In this document: one piece after another, positions 18,253 through 27,016 of the stretch
Position numbering within the stretch: position 1 is the stretch's first letter
Layout of the letters: the number at the start of each line of letters is the position of its first letter
Origin: Thalassolituus sp. LLYu03
Lineage (GTDB): Bacteria > Pseudomonadota > Gammaproteobacteria > Pseudomonadales > Oceanobacteraceae
Length of the DNA: 32,000 nucleotides
Assembly: GCF_050507655.1 (NCBI RefSeq)
Contig: NZ_CP191496.1
Coordinates: forward strand, 2,833,022 to 2,865,021
Reading direction: 5' to 3'
Made by a program: the position numbers and the translations under genes
The notes under the pieces: model-generated
The model's database searches: none
What the model was told of the DNA's origin: nothing
What the model saw: the letters and a program-made list of their open reading frames with translations, nothing else

Positions 18253-18276
18253 AAAAACGCCCACATGGGTGGGCGT
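18253..18276 (-). terminator. Terminator of the upstream lipoprotein gene (between it and fumarase)
   Basis: Read on minus: acgcccac-ccat-gtgggcgt followed by tttt. A further acgccc arm follows. Confidence 0.7.
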
Positions 18277-18315
18277 TGTTATTGTGGGGAGTATTGTAGC
18301 GCAGTATCCGCTGGC

Positions 18316-19014
18316 CTAAAACGGCCACCAGTCTTCGGCTTTGGTACGGGGTCTGGCTTTCAGCTCACCGTCGGCGGCAGGCTGACCGTCAGCGGCACCG
18401 GCGGGCGTGGCGTCGAATACTTTATCCATGTCGCCACCTTCTTCGGCGGCTGGTTTCAGCAGGCCGCGGCCATGATGAATCATGCGGGTGACCGGTAACT
18501 CGGCCAGCGCCTGCGACGGAGCCACCAGTTGCAGCGGGCCGTCGCCGATCGGGGTAAAACCACTGGCCGGGTCCACCGCTGGCGGATCAATTTCGGAATA
18601 ACGCAGGTAATAAACCTTGCCGGCCTGAACCTCGAATTTGAGTTTGGCGACGGTACGGATGACAAAATCGCCAAAGCCTTCAAGCCCCAGCAAACCGCGG
18701 CGCATCACCACGTCGTACTCACCCGGCATCATTTCGTACCAGGTGTAACCGCCGCCTTTTACGTTGAACAGGCGCTCACCATCGACGTTGAAACTCGGGG
18801 TTTCCAACTCATCCATGGACCATTGCGTGGCGGGACGGTAGACATAAACCAGCGCGGTGTGTTCATAATCCCAACGGTAGCCAACGGGTTTGAAGGCCTG
18901 TCCATCGGGTTCGGAAACATAGGAGCCGAAGCTGTCACCAACAGACTGGTGAACGGTACAGCCGGTAAGACCCAGCAACAGGGCTGCGGTCAGAAGCGGG
19001 AGCATTTTTATCAT
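18316..19014 (-). CDS. DUF2846-like predicted lipoprotein
   Basis: 232 aa, MIKMLPLLTAALLLGLTGCTVH lipobox. ALVYVYRP...FNVDGERLFNVKGGGYTWYEMMPGEYDV...KVYYLRY pattern. Confidence 0.65.
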   Translation of the reverse strand: MIKMLPLLTAALLLGLTGCTVHQSVGDSFGSYVSEPDGQAFKPVGYRWDYEHTALVYVYRPATQWSMDELETPSFNVDGERLFNVKGGGYTWYEMMPGEYDVVMRRGLLGLEGFGDFVIRTVAKLKFEVQAGKVYYLRYSEIDPPAVDPASGFTPIGDGPLQLVAPSQALAELPVTRMIHHGRGLLKPAAEEGGDMDKVFDATPAGAADGQPAADGELKARPRTKAEDWWPF

Positions 19015-19160
19015 TATTATTATCCTGGCCTGACTGGCATAGGCTTCACTGATCTCAGACAGACTATCCTGCCTTCAGTGGCGGATCAGTGTACACAAAA
19101 AAATCGCCCTGCTATGATGACATACTTACAAAAAATAACAAAAACAAAAGGGCTCAGAAT

Positions 19161-19670
19161 ATGGATGCATCCTGGAGCACCCTGCGTAACACCATTCTCC
19201 CGGTTATCGTGCTGGCTGCCGTGTCTTTTCACGGGTCTGCCGCAACGCCGAACGAAGCGTATTATTCTCAGGACATCGACGACGCCGTCGCTGCCGCCAA
19301 ACGCAATCCGGTCGATACCGAATACGTTGGCTCGTCCTGGTACAACCGCTCAACGTCACGCAGCTTCCCGTTACCCAAACTCCTGAACACCGAAATGGAC
19401 AGTGAAGTGGTCGAAGGTGCCATGGGCCCAACCGCTGCCGGTGAACAGGCGGCCTTTGAGGCCTCACGTCCGGTGCGGGATGCCGCGCTCGGTCGCGTCA
19501 ACAAACGCGATGCACTGGCTGAATCCAAGAAAAAATCCGACGATCCGGATGAAGACGAAGATTACCAGCCAAATCCCACCGAAATTTATGTGCCGGAAGC
19601 GCGTTCAGAGAACAGTCGCGTGCGGGAAATCCGCGCCAATGTCAGCATTAAAGCCACCGCGCGTCCCTGA
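19161..19670 (+). CDS. Small exported protein, paralog of the next gene
   Basis: ORF 19089..19670 with likely ATG at 19161 (MDASWSTLRNTILPVIVLAAVSFHGSAATP). Shares YYSxDI..A...A......YNRSTSxS...P.LLNxEM with the neighbour. Confidence 0.65.
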   Translation: MDASWSTLRNTILPVIVLAAVSFHGSAATPNEAYYSQDIDDAVAAAKRNPVDTEYVGSSWYNRSTSRSFPLPKLLNTEMDSEVVEGAMGPTAAGEQAAFEASRPVRDAALGRVNKRDALAESKKKSDDPDEDEDYQPNPTEIYVPEARSENSRVREIRANVSIKATARP

Positions 19671-19703
19671 GACATAACGCTCATCCATAACCAACAGGAG
19701 AAG

Positions 19704-20099
19704 ATGATGAAACAACTGATCCCGTTATCCCTGCTGTTGCTGGCCTGCACTGCGAAGGCCACGCCGGATGATCAGTATTATTCTGCGGATATTTTTACCG
19801 CCATTGAAGAAGCGCGTCAGCGCACGCATCACTACGATTACAGCTCAGCCCTGCGCTACAACCGCTCGACGTCGCAGAGCATTCAGATTCCACGTCTGCT
19901 GAATAAAGAAATGGCGCAGACCGCGGTAAAAACCCCGGACACTGCGCTGGATACCAGCCCGCGTGATGACAACGGCGAATCTGCCCAGAATCTGGGAGCC
20001 GACACCACATTGACCCTTGGGCCAAACACCACCCCACGCGATCTGCAGCTGGGTGATGGCACACCATCCCCCGCGTCCGTTACCGTGACTGTGCGCTGA
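19704..20099 (+). CDS. Small exported protein, paralog of the previous gene
   Basis: 131 aa, signal-like MMKQLIPLSLLLLACTAKATP, RBS-like aacaggagaag, and the same YNRSTS...LLNKEM core as the upstream gene. Confidence 0.65.
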   Translation: MMKQLIPLSLLLLACTAKATPDDQYYSADIFTAIEEARQRTHHYDYSSALRYNRSTSQSIQIPRLLNKEMAQTAVKTPDTALDTSPRDDNGESAQNLGADTTLTLGPNTTPRDLQLGDGTPSPASVTVTVR

Positions 20100-20940
20100 G
20101 TTTTTCGCGGATTTTAGCGCGCAGCGCCTGAGTGAATACCATCAGCATTCGGTCACGCTGCCACAGCGCTTTCTGCTCTGTTGGCAGGCTGGCAGAAAGC
20201 TCATCCGTCAGCGCAAACAAAGCCTCCACCGCATTCAGCACCGGCAAACGATAGCCTGAGGTATCGACGGCAAATGCCTTTGCCAGTACATCGGCCTGCT
20301 GCCTCATTGGCAGTGCCTGCTCAGCCGGCAACCAGGACGCGACCCAGGCCGCCAGCGCCAGCACACCGTGCACATCTTCCCAGCAACGGAAAGGCTTGTT
20401 CAGACGTTCATTGGCATCAGCACAGAAAAAACGCGCCGGGGTATCGGCAAAACTCAGCGCCAAATGAGGCAGATCCGTCATAAAGGGCTGCGGCTTACCG
20501 CTGTCGTGAATCTGAACACCTGACGAGTCCGGCGTAGCCACTACACAGACCAGCTGCCCAGGATCGTCCGCTGCACGGGCGATCACGTAACACGTATCCA
20601 GTCCGCGCCCGGCCAGCATGGCGTGGGATTTAACGCCCGAAAGCCCGGATTCAGCGGCATACACAGTGCTCATGTCGCGCAGGGATTTCACCCCTTTTTC
20701 GGACACACAAAACGCTGCCCATTGGTCCGGCCGCAACGCCGGATCAACACAGCGCATCGCACACTGATAACCGAAGAAAAAGGCCGTACCCGGCGTCAGA
20801 CTGAGTTCACCACCCAGCCAGGCAGCATCGGTCAGGGCGTGCGCAGAGAGAAGATCCTTCAGCGAGCGGCGGACGTCGTCCGCCGATGCTTGCAGGCTGA
20901 TGCGGCCGGAGGGTCCGGCCGCATCATGAGGAGAGGACAT
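20080..20940 (-). CDS. Uncharacterised protein with weak acyl-CoA-dehydrogenase-like region
   Basis: 286 aa. FFFGYQCAMRCVDP and LSGVKSHAMLAGRGLDTCYVIARAADDPGQLVCVVATPDSSGVQI resemble the ACAD middle domain. Its start overlaps the stop of the upstream gene. Confidence 0.55.
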   Translation of the reverse strand: MSSPHDAAGPSGRISLQASADDVRRSLKDLLSAHALTDAAWLGGELSLTPGTAFFFGYQCAMRCVDPALRPDQWAAFCVSEKGVKSLRDMSTVYAAESGLSGVKSHAMLAGRGLDTCYVIARAADDPGQLVCVVATPDSSGVQIHDSGKPQPFMTDLPHLALSFADTPARFFCADANERLNKPFRCWEDVHGVLALAAWVASWLPAEQALPMRQQADVLAKAFAVDTSGYRLPVLNAVEALFALTDELSASLPTEQKALWQRDRMLMVFTQALRAKIREKLSAQSR

Positions 20941-21797
20941 TACTGGCCGCCAACCGCGTTTTGCAGACGATCCAGACGAATCTGAATGTCTTCAATTTCC
21001 AGCTTCATATCCGCCAGGTTGCCACCACTCTGACGCATCTTGGTCAGGGTCGCTTCCAGCGTCTGAATCTGCTCGCTGTTCTGCGCGATGCGCAGCTGGT
21101 TTTCGGCAGGCAGATCGAGAGCACCGGCTTCCAGTTTCGCCATACGCTTCTTCAGTTCAGAAGCCGAGGCATCCACTTTCTTATCCAGAGCGGCTTCCGC
21201 CTGACGGGCTTTGTCGCCGGAGGCTTTCAGATCTTTATCCAAAGCAGCCACGGAGGATTTCACGCCTTCGATGGCTTTCTGATTGCTGGCAATGTCGGTC
21301 TTATTGCGTTTGTTCGCCACATCCCACAGCTTACGGATTTCCGCGTCGTGTTCTTTGATCAGCACTTTCAGTGCATCCAGCGACATATTGGCGTTCTCAC
21401 CGGTCACCGACAGTTTCTCGTTGAGCACATTCAGGTTCTCGGCCTGAGAACGGATGATTTTCTCAGCGTTCGCCAGTTGCTGCTGCATGGTCTGGAACTG
21501 CATAAACATGAATCCCGCCAGACCACCCATGGCAACCGCCACCAGTAAGGCGATGGTGGCCAGCGTCTGTTTAGGTGCCGGCGCAGAAACCGCAACCGGT
21601 GTCGGGCGCAGCCCCGCCGCCTGTGCACGCTGAGCGGCGGCTTTACGGGCAGCCAGCTGCTTCTGGCGCAGAGCAATGTCTTCCTGTGACGGCTTCATGC
21701 CCGGCACGATTGGTTCTTTTTCTTTATCCATCTCAGCCCCCGAAATTGGTACTTCATCGTTATTATCGCGCCCCAGTATAACGGCATCCGCGCTCAT
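20940..21797 (-). CDS. Single-TM membrane protein with long coiled coil
   Basis: 285 aa. TM segment TLATIALLVAVAMGGLAGFMFMQF, then heptad-like region QQQLANAEKIIRSQAENLNVLNEKLSVTGEN... rich in K/A/E/L. Confidence 0.7.
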   Translation of the reverse strand: MSADAVILGRDNNDEVPISGAEMDKEKEPIVPGMKPSQEDIALRQKQLAARKAAAQRAQAAGLRPTPVAVSAPAPKQTLATIALLVAVAMGGLAGFMFMQFQTMQQQLANAEKIIRSQAENLNVLNEKLSVTGENANMSLDALKVLIKEHDAEIRKLWDVANKRNKTDIASNQKAIEGVKSSVAALDKDLKASGDKARQAEAALDKKVDASASELKKRMAKLEAGALDLPAENQLRIAQNSEQIQTLEATLTKMRQSGGNLADMKLEIEDIQIRLDRLQNAVGGQ

Positions 21798-21980
21798 GAG
21801 AAATTATGACGCGAATTGATGTCAGACCTGCAACAAAGCAGCCCAAAACCAGCATAACCACACACTTTGCATGAATAGCGCCTCATGGTTCAGGGTGCTA
21901 TTATGCCGGGACTATTTAAGCGCCGGCCCGACCCGGCGCACAGATTTGCAACCTGACTCAGCAATGAATGGAGATGCACC

Positions 21981-22565
21981 ATGGCATTTGAATTACCGGC
22001 TCTGCCTTACGCAAAAGACGCTCTGCAACCACACATTTCTGCAGAAACTCTGGAGTTCCACCACGGCAAGCACCACAACGCCTACGTGACCAACCTGAAC
22101 AATCTGGTTCCTGGCACTGAATTCGAAGGCAAATCTCTGGAAGAGATCATCAAAACCTCTTCCGGCGGTATCTTCAACAACGCTGCTCAGATCTGGAACC
22201 ACACTTTCTACTGGCACTCCCTGAGCCCGAACGGCGGCGGCGAGCCAACTGGCGCACTGGCTGATGCCATTGCCAAAACCTGGGGTTCTTTTGACAAGTT
22301 CAAAGAAGAGTTCAACAAAATGGCCGTTGGTAACTTCGGTTCCAGCTGGACCTGGCTGGTGAAAAAAGCCGACGGTTCCCTGGCCATCGTGAACACCTCT
22401 AACGCTGCTACCCCAATCACTGAAGACGGCGTTACTGCGCTGATCACCGTTGACCTGTGGGAACACGCTTACTACATCGACTTCCGCAATCTGCGTCCTA
22501 AGTACCTGGAAGCATTCTGGGCACTGGCTAACTGGGAATTCGCTGCTGCGAACTTCGCTGCTTAA
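21981..22565 (+). CDS. sodB: Superoxide dismutase [Fe]
   Basis: 194 aa. [61 protein letters not shown], [22 protein letters not shown] variant. Confidence 0.97.
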   Translation: MAFELPALPYAKDALQPHISAETLEFHHGKHHNAYVTNLNNLVPGTEFEGKSLEEIIKTSSGGIFNNAAQIWNHTFYWHSLSPNGGGEPTGALADAIAKTWGSFDKFKEEFNKMAVGNFGSSWTWLVKKADGSLAIVNTSNAATPITEDGVTALITVDLWEHAYYIDFRNLRPKYLEAFWALANWEFAAANFAA

Positions 22566-22581
22566 TCAGCCGATGTGTGTT

Positions 22582-22608
22582 AAAAAACCGGGCCCTGCCC
22601 GGTTTTTT
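22582..22608 (+). terminator. sodB rho-independent terminator
   Basis: aaaaaaccggg-ccctg-cccggtttttttt immediately 3' of sodB. Confidence 0.9.
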
Positions 22609-22625
22609 TTATGTCTAGAATTTTC

Positions 22626-23210
22626 ATGAAACTGTTACTGGCTTCGTCGTCACGCTACCGCCGCGAATTATTAAACCGGCTGCGCATTCCGTTTGAACAC
22701 GCCTCACCCGATATCGATGAAACACCGTTATCCGGCGAAAGCGCCGATGCCTACGTGGTGCGTCTGGCGAAAGAAAAAGCCGCGGCGTTAAGCGCCGACT
22801 GGCCGGATTACTGGATCATCGGCAGCGACCAGACCTGCGTGCTCGACGGCGACATCTGCGGAAAACCGGAAACGGTGGAGCGCGCCTGCGCGCAACTGGA
22901 AAAAGCCAGTAGTAACGCCGTGACCTTTCTGACCGGTCTGTGTCTGCGGGCACCGGACGGACGTGAATATTCATTGTGCGAGCCATTTCACGTGCATTTC
23001 CGCGCGTTAAGCCGTGCGGATATTGAACGCTATATCGCACTCGAACAGCCGCTGGATTGCGCCGGCAGTTTTAAAGTGGAAGGCCTGGGCATCACGTTAT
23101 TTGAACGCCTTGAAGGGCGTGATGTGAACAGTCTGGTGGGGCTGCCCTTAATCGGTCTGACCGATCTGATGCAGCAGGCCGGTCTGAATCCGCTGCAACT
23201 GGCGCAATAA
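22626..23210 (+). CDS. Maf-like nucleotide pyrophosphatase (YceF subfamily)
   Basis: ORF 22611..23210. Canonical Maf start MKLLLASSSRYRRELLNRLRIPFEHASPDIDE at 22626. WIIGSDQTCVLDG, AGSFKVEGLGITLFERLEGRDVNSLVGLPLIGL. Confidence 0.9.
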   Translation: MKLLLASSSRYRRELLNRLRIPFEHASPDIDETPLSGESADAYVVRLAKEKAAALSADWPDYWIIGSDQTCVLDGDICGKPETVERACAQLEKASSNAVTFLTGLCLRAPDGREYSLCEPFHVHFRALSRADIERYIALEQPLDCAGSFKVEGLGITLFERLEGRDVNSLVGLPLIGLTDLMQQAGLNPLQLAQ

Positions 23211-23235
23211 AAAATCCCCGCAGTGCGGGGATTTT
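23211..23235. terminator. Bidirectional terminator between the Maf-like gene and gspD
   Basis: aaaatccccg-cagtg-cggggatttt. Confidence 0.8.
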
Positions 23236-23258
23236 CATATGCGCTTTCCGGCCCGGAA

Positions 23259-25172
23259 TCAGTCTTCCGCTGCCTTCAGCGGGAAACCTTTGAACAGGCT
23301 TTCCATGCGCTCGTTCACCTGATCAACGCCGAGTTTATCGGATACCGTGAATTCCCAGATGCCGTTGAATTTTTCCTGCGTCAGCTGACGGGCGGTGCCG
23401 GTCTGGGTGACGATGGTCGGGCGCAGGAACACCATCAGGTTGCTCTTCACTTTCGATACCGACTTCGACTTGAACAGCCAGCCCAGCAGGGGAATATCCC
23501 CCAGCAGTGGCACTTTGCTTTCGGTTTCAATCACGTCGTCGCGGATCAGACCACCCAGTACGATGGTTTCTTTGTCTTCCGACAGAATCATGGTCTTGAT
23601 CGAACGCTTGTTGGTGATCAGGTCGGCACTGCCGTCCACTGTGGTGGAAGCAACGGATTCCGCAGTGGCTTCCACTTCCAGACGAATCGCCTGACCGTCG
23701 TGAATGTGCGGCTTCACTTTCAGCGTGATACCCACGTCTTCACGGGTGATGGTGGTGAACGGGTTGCTGTTGCTGCTGGACGCGGTAGAACCGGTACGGA
23801 ACGGCACGTTCTGACCGACCACAATTTCCGCTTCCTGATTATCCAGCGTCATGATGCTTGGCGTCGACAGCAGGTTGGTTTTGCTGTTGCTCTGCAGCGC
23901 CTGCAGCACCACACCGAAATCAACAGCGCCGTTGCTTTCGCTGTAACCGCCCAGCGTCAGACCGCTGGCCAGTGCGCCACTGACATCGCCGGATGCCACC
24001 GAGGTGGCGATGGTGCCCAGTGACGGACCGGCGTTCGAGAAGTTGGTGCCGGCTACCGGGTTGTCCAGATCGCCCACCGCCCACTGAATACCCAGCGCAT
24101 CGCTGATGTCGCCGGTGGCTTCGACGATGGCCGATTCAATCAGCACCTGCGCACGGCGCACGTCGAGTGCACTCACCAGCTCTTCAATTTCTTTCATCAG
24201 CGACGGTTCGGCACGCACCACCAGAGCGTTCAGTTCTTCGTCGGCATGAATACCGGCTTTGCCTTTGGTCTGGGCGGCGTCTTTTTCGGCAGCAGAAGAG
24301 GACGTATCGGACAGCAGGTTTTTCAGCAGCTCCGCCATTTTGGCGGCATCGGCGTACTGCAGACGGATCACTTTGGCGCTGCCGGTGAAATAAGACGGCT
24401 GATCCAGTTCTTCGATCAGTTTACGGATACGTTCGCGGGCGCTTTTCTCGCCTTTGATGATCAGACGGTTGCTGCGCTCGTCGGCCACCACGCGGATGGA
24501 ACCGGCGGTATTTTCGCTGCCATTGGCGGCAGCACCCTGCGACACCTTGGACGGGTCCAGATTCTGCAGCATGGTGACCACGTTACCGACCCAGGCTTCT
24601 TTCAGCTGAATCACTTCCAGTTCTTCGGAACCGGATTTATCCAGGCGGTCGATGATCTGTTCGATTCGGTGAATATTGTTCGAGTGGTCAGAGATGATCA
24701 GGGCGTTGGCGGATTTCACACCGGCCAGATGGCCGTATTTCGCCACCAGCGGACGCAGAATCGGAACCAGATCCAGCGCCGGGGTATTTTTGATCATGAT
24801 GACTTTGGTCAGCAGTTCCTGGCTTTTCGACGACAGTTCTTCGTCCAGATCACGGCCCTGCTGTTTAACGTCGTTCTGTTGCACGATTAAGGTCACGTCA
24901 CCGGCGGGTACGGCCACATAACCCTGCACCTGCAGCACCGACAGAAACAGTTCGTAGACACCGTCTTTGTCCATCGCATCGCTGGACAGAACGTTCACCT
25001 TGCCCTTAACCCGCGGGTCAACCACAAAGCTTTTACCAGTGATGTCCGCCACCTGAGAAATGAAAGCGCCGATATCAGCTTCCTTCAGATTGATCTGCCA
25101 GCTGTCCTGCGCCTGCACCGCGGCGCTCAGGGCCAGCAGTACCAGAAATGCCCACTGTTTCAACACACTCAT
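23259..25172 (-). CDS. gspD: Type II secretion system secretin GspD
   Basis: ORF 23259..25181. DSWQINLKEADIGAFISQVADITGKSFVVDPRVKGKVNVLS, N-domain repeats, secretin core VPFRTGSTASSSNSNPFTTITREDVGITLKVKPHI, GGLIRDDVIETESKVPLLGDIPLLGWLFKS. Confidence 0.95.
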   Translation of the reverse strand: MSVLKQWAFLVLLALSAAVQAQDSWQINLKEADIGAFISQVADITGKSFVVDPRVKGKVNVLSSDAMDKDGVYELFLSVLQVQGYVAVPAGDVTLIVQQNDVKQQGRDLDEELSSKSQELLTKVIMIKNTPALDLVPILRPLVAKYGHLAGVKSANALIISDHSNNIHRIEQIIDRLDKSGSEELEVIQLKEAWVGNVVTMLQNLDPSKVSQGAAANGSENTAGSIRVVADERSNRLIIKGEKSARERIRKLIEELDQPSYFTGSAKVIRLQYADAAKMAELLKNLLSDTSSSAAEKDAAQTKGKAGIHADEELNALVVRAEPSLMKEIEELVSALDVRRAQVLIESAIVEATGDISDALGIQWAVGDLDNPVAGTNFSNAGPSLGTIATSVASGDVSGALASGLTLGGYSESNGAVDFGVVLQALQSNSKTNLLSTPSIMTLDNQEAEIVVGQNVPFRTGSTASSSNSNPFTTITREDVGITLKVKPHIHDGQAIRLEVEATAESVASTTVDGSADLITNKRSIKTMILSEDKETIVLGGLIRDDVIETESKVPLLGDIPLLGWLFKSKSVSKVKSNLMVFLRPTIVTQTGTARQLTQEKFNGIWEFTVSDKLGVDQVNERMESLFKGFPLKAAED

Positions 25173-25177
25173 ATCCT

Positions 25178-26065
25178 TCACTGATTCAAACTGTGGTTAA
25201 CCACAAAACGACTGTTGCCCCGCTGCACTTCGATGCGGGCATTTCCTTCACTGCTGACCTGTTGCAGAACCTGCTGATCCGACGCCGGATCACCCAGCAT
25301 CTGACCGTTCACTGACAAAACGATATCGCCCGGCTGCAGTTGCAGCGCGCTCAGCACAGAGCCCGGCTGCACTTCATAACCCGAGCCCGACCCCAGACTC
25401 TTCAGACCCATTTCGGTCAGAGCGCCTTCCGGGTCGCTGCTGGTTTCTTCAGACACCAGCTCCATAAATTCACCCGGGTTGCGCACCTGCTTAAAGCGGT
25501 CACGCAACGAACCCGCGCCAACACGCGGACTGTCGTTGTCTTTGGGTTCCGGACGGTTCTGCACCGTGCGCGCGCTGATACCGGCGGCCGGTGCATCTTC
25601 AAATTTCAGGGTTTCCAGTTTGCCGTTGGTGTCGAGAATGACTTTATCTTCGTACACACCGGCCAGACGGGTTCTGCCCTGTACGGTGTCGCCGATGCGG
25701 TAGAACTCACCCTCGCCGCCTTTCGGAGCAATGATGGCGGACGACGCTTCCTGACGGGAAGCCTTGGTCACACCGAGCAATTCTAGACGCAAACGGGTAT
25801 CCGGCGCTTCCACTTCGGTGCTGACCACCTCGACCGGCTGCGCGGTCATTTCGCCGAATAAATGATATTGAGCGGCCGACGGGCCACTGGCCACCGCGGC
25901 GTCGGCATTGCCTTTACTTGGCGCGCGCAGCACCAGTGGCTCAGGTGCCACCACCTGCCAGGTCAGATGAGCCAGCTGCCAGGACAACAACAGGGTCAGC
26001 GCAACCTTACCCGCGACCAATGCCGGGCGCTGCCAACCAACTGCCTGCGCGATTACGTCTGCCAA
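25178..26065 (-). CDS. gspC: Type II secretion system protein GspC
   Basis: 295 aa. One TM near the N-terminus, homology-region-like YHLFGE...LRLELLGV, and a C-terminal PDZ-like GYEVQPGSVLSALQLQPGDIVLSVNGQ. Directly upstream of gspD. Confidence 0.9.
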   Translation of the reverse strand: MADVIAQAVGWQRPALVAGKVALTLLLSWQLAHLTWQVVAPEPLVLRAPSKGNADAAVASGPSAAQYHLFGEMTAQPVEVVSTEVEAPDTRLRLELLGVTKASRQEASSAIIAPKGGEGEFYRIGDTVQGRTRLAGVYEDKVILDTNGKLETLKFEDAPAAGISARTVQNRPEPKDNDSPRVGAGSLRDRFKQVRNPGEFMELVSEETSSDPEGALTEMGLKSLGSGSGYEVQPGSVLSALQLQPGDIVLSVNGQMLGDPASDQQVLQQVSSEGNARIEVQRGNSRFVVNHSLNQ

Positions 26066-26097
26066 AAATCATCACTCCGTTTGCAAGGCGCCCAAGG

Positions 26098-26868
26098 TTA
26101 CAGAACCTTATGGGACACTTCAAAAATTACCGTATCTTCCGTCGACTGCACCGGCCATTTCTGCCCCAGCACATCGAGGAAACGGCGACGGATGGCAGCA
26201 CCACCCCAGCCGTCCGGCTGCAGGTAACCCTGAATCAGCTGCTGGCCTTCGGTGGTGGTGAAATTGATCACGGCTTTGTCGCCTTCCATGGCCAGCTGCC
26301 CAATCAGCATTGGCATGGTGGCGTTCACCGGCTTGCGGTCGACCGGGAAACCCACGTCGCCACCGCTGTAAATCAGCTGGCCCTGCACGCCACTCAGCTG
26401 GCGGCTGTTGAGGTCGGCGTTGAGCGCCAGATTATTCAGTTCGAAATGGCCGGCCACCGTAACCTGATTGCGGCGCAGCAGCGGCGCAATGGAGGCCGCT
26501 TCCAGAAAGCCCTGGGTGTTTTCCAGTGCTACGTGTCCCGCGGCACTGACGGTCACATCGGATTTCAGACGCACGCCTTCGCCGTCAACGGCCAGACCCA
26601 GCGCAGCATTGCCGCTCAGCAGCGACGCCGGATGCAGCTGCCAGACGCCATCCAGAGTGCCCAGACTGCGCAATTGCGGAATCTGCAGACGCACATGCCC
26701 GCGCCACAGGGTGCCGTTCACCTGCTCAATTTTGACCGGCAGGCGCGCCAGCGAAGGTTCGACCCAGCGCCAGACAAAATGCAGAGGGGTGTTAACAACA
26801 AGAATGATGAGGAAGGTAAAGAAGCCCAGTAACACATACCAGCGGGCCGCCCAGATGGCTTTAAACAT
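26098..26868 (-). CDS. gspN: Type II secretion system protein GspN
   Basis: 256 aa. MFKAIWAARWYVLLGFFTFLIILVVNTPLHFVWRWVEP..VNGTLWRG, typical GspN layout, next to gspC. Confidence 0.85.
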   Translation of the reverse strand: MFKAIWAARWYVLLGFFTFLIILVVNTPLHFVWRWVEPSLARLPVKIEQVNGTLWRGHVRLQIPQLRSLGTLDGVWQLHPASLLSGNAALGLAVDGEGVRLKSDVTVSAAGHVALENTQGFLEAASIAPLLRRNQVTVAGHFELNNLALNADLNSRQLSGVQGQLIYSGGDVGFPVDRKPVNATMPMLIGQLAMEGDKAVINFTTTEGQQLIQGYLQPDGWGGAAIRRRFLDVLGQKWPVQSTEDTVIFEVSHKVL

Positions 26869-26954
26869 GGTGATACTTATTATCTCTGGCGATGTCTGCG
26901 GGTCATTCTACTGAACGGGGGCCGAAAATTTAATGTAACAATGTGACATTCATG

Positions 26955-26993
26955 TAAAAAAGCAGGCGTCTGTCACGCCAGAACGCCTGCTTC
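26955..26993 (-). terminator. Terminator downstream of the ceramidase-family gene
   Basis: aagcaggcgt (26961-26970) / acgcctgctt (26984-26993). Read on minus the hairpin is followed by a T-rich run. Confidence 0.75.
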
Positions 26994-27016
26994 TTCAGTA
27001 AATGCCGCGAACGGCT

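Noticed and set aside
24246-24890. 214-aa plus-strand ORF inside gspD
   Set aside because: Antisense shadow of the secretin gene with no own support. The same applies to 20961..21548, 25918..26832 and 11775..12437.
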